DNA from: Octopus bimaculoides
Taxonomy: Eukaryota
Direction of reading: 5' to 3'
Assembly: GCF_001194135.2 (NCBI RefSeq)
Contig: NC_068985.1
Location: forward strand, 6,746,609-6,810,608
DNA length: 64,000 nucleotides
The position numbers and the translations under genes are program-made. The notes below the pieces were generated by a model, which was not told the DNA's origin, did not search any database, and saw only the letters and a program-made list of their open reading frames with translations. Shown in pieces: positions 63,666 through 64,000 of this stretch (positions are counted from its first letter, which is position 1; each line of letters begins with the position of its first letter).

Positions 63666-64000
63666 GTCTTGATGTAAAAGATGGGCGACTCCAAGCATTC
63701 TGCTCAGTACTACAGATTTTCTTGTCATTGCTTGACTTTCACCAGTCGAGCATGTCGCTCAGTGGCTGATCACGAGCAAAAGTAGCAGAAGAGCATCATA
63801 GCCATATGTTGAGGGGGGATCTTTGAGGTTTGAATGATTTACCTGTGGAAATATGGGCGTTTCGTTCGTCAGCCTTAAACAAATCTTATCCAGGCTCTTT
63901 TGAGCCGGATGTGCTATCCAACCTGAAGCAAGTTCTAACTGTACCCCATCTGTAATATCATGCACTATTTATCTTGATATCTGCTTACCATGTCGCACAC

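Overview
AT-rich eukaryotic non-coding DNA with many N-gaps and abundant microsatellites. No intact protein-coding gene, rRNA, tRNA gene or CRISPR array could be supported. The repeat style (tRNA-headed SINEs, TA/TG/TACA arrays, TTAGGG) suggests an octopod cephalopod, but this is inference. The window is mostly decayed mobile elements: three IS630-Tc1-mariner families (Tc1 DD34E, mariner, maT DD37D), a Helitron RepHel/Pif1 remnant, Penelope-like (PLE) RT and GIY-YIG remnants, a CRE-like RLE tail, and more than 25 SINE copies or fragments from three families. Highlights: (1) a ~190-bp unit present twice that carries a minimal type-I hammerhead-ribozyme fold with a non-canonical CUGUUGA core (retrozyme or solo-pLTR candidate), plus further hammerhead-like motifs; (2) a 565-bp foldback MITE with 37-bp TIRs, an 8-bp TSD, a perfect 71-bp inner inverted repeat and a palindromic telomeric-repeat core, inserted into the Helitron helicase; (3) a repeat-free promoter-like cassette at ~38.2-38.9 kb (paired CCAAT/E2F-like sites, E-box, TATA) followed by two overlapping small ORFs and AATAAA. 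Most ORFs in the supplied track are microsatellite or gap artefacts.
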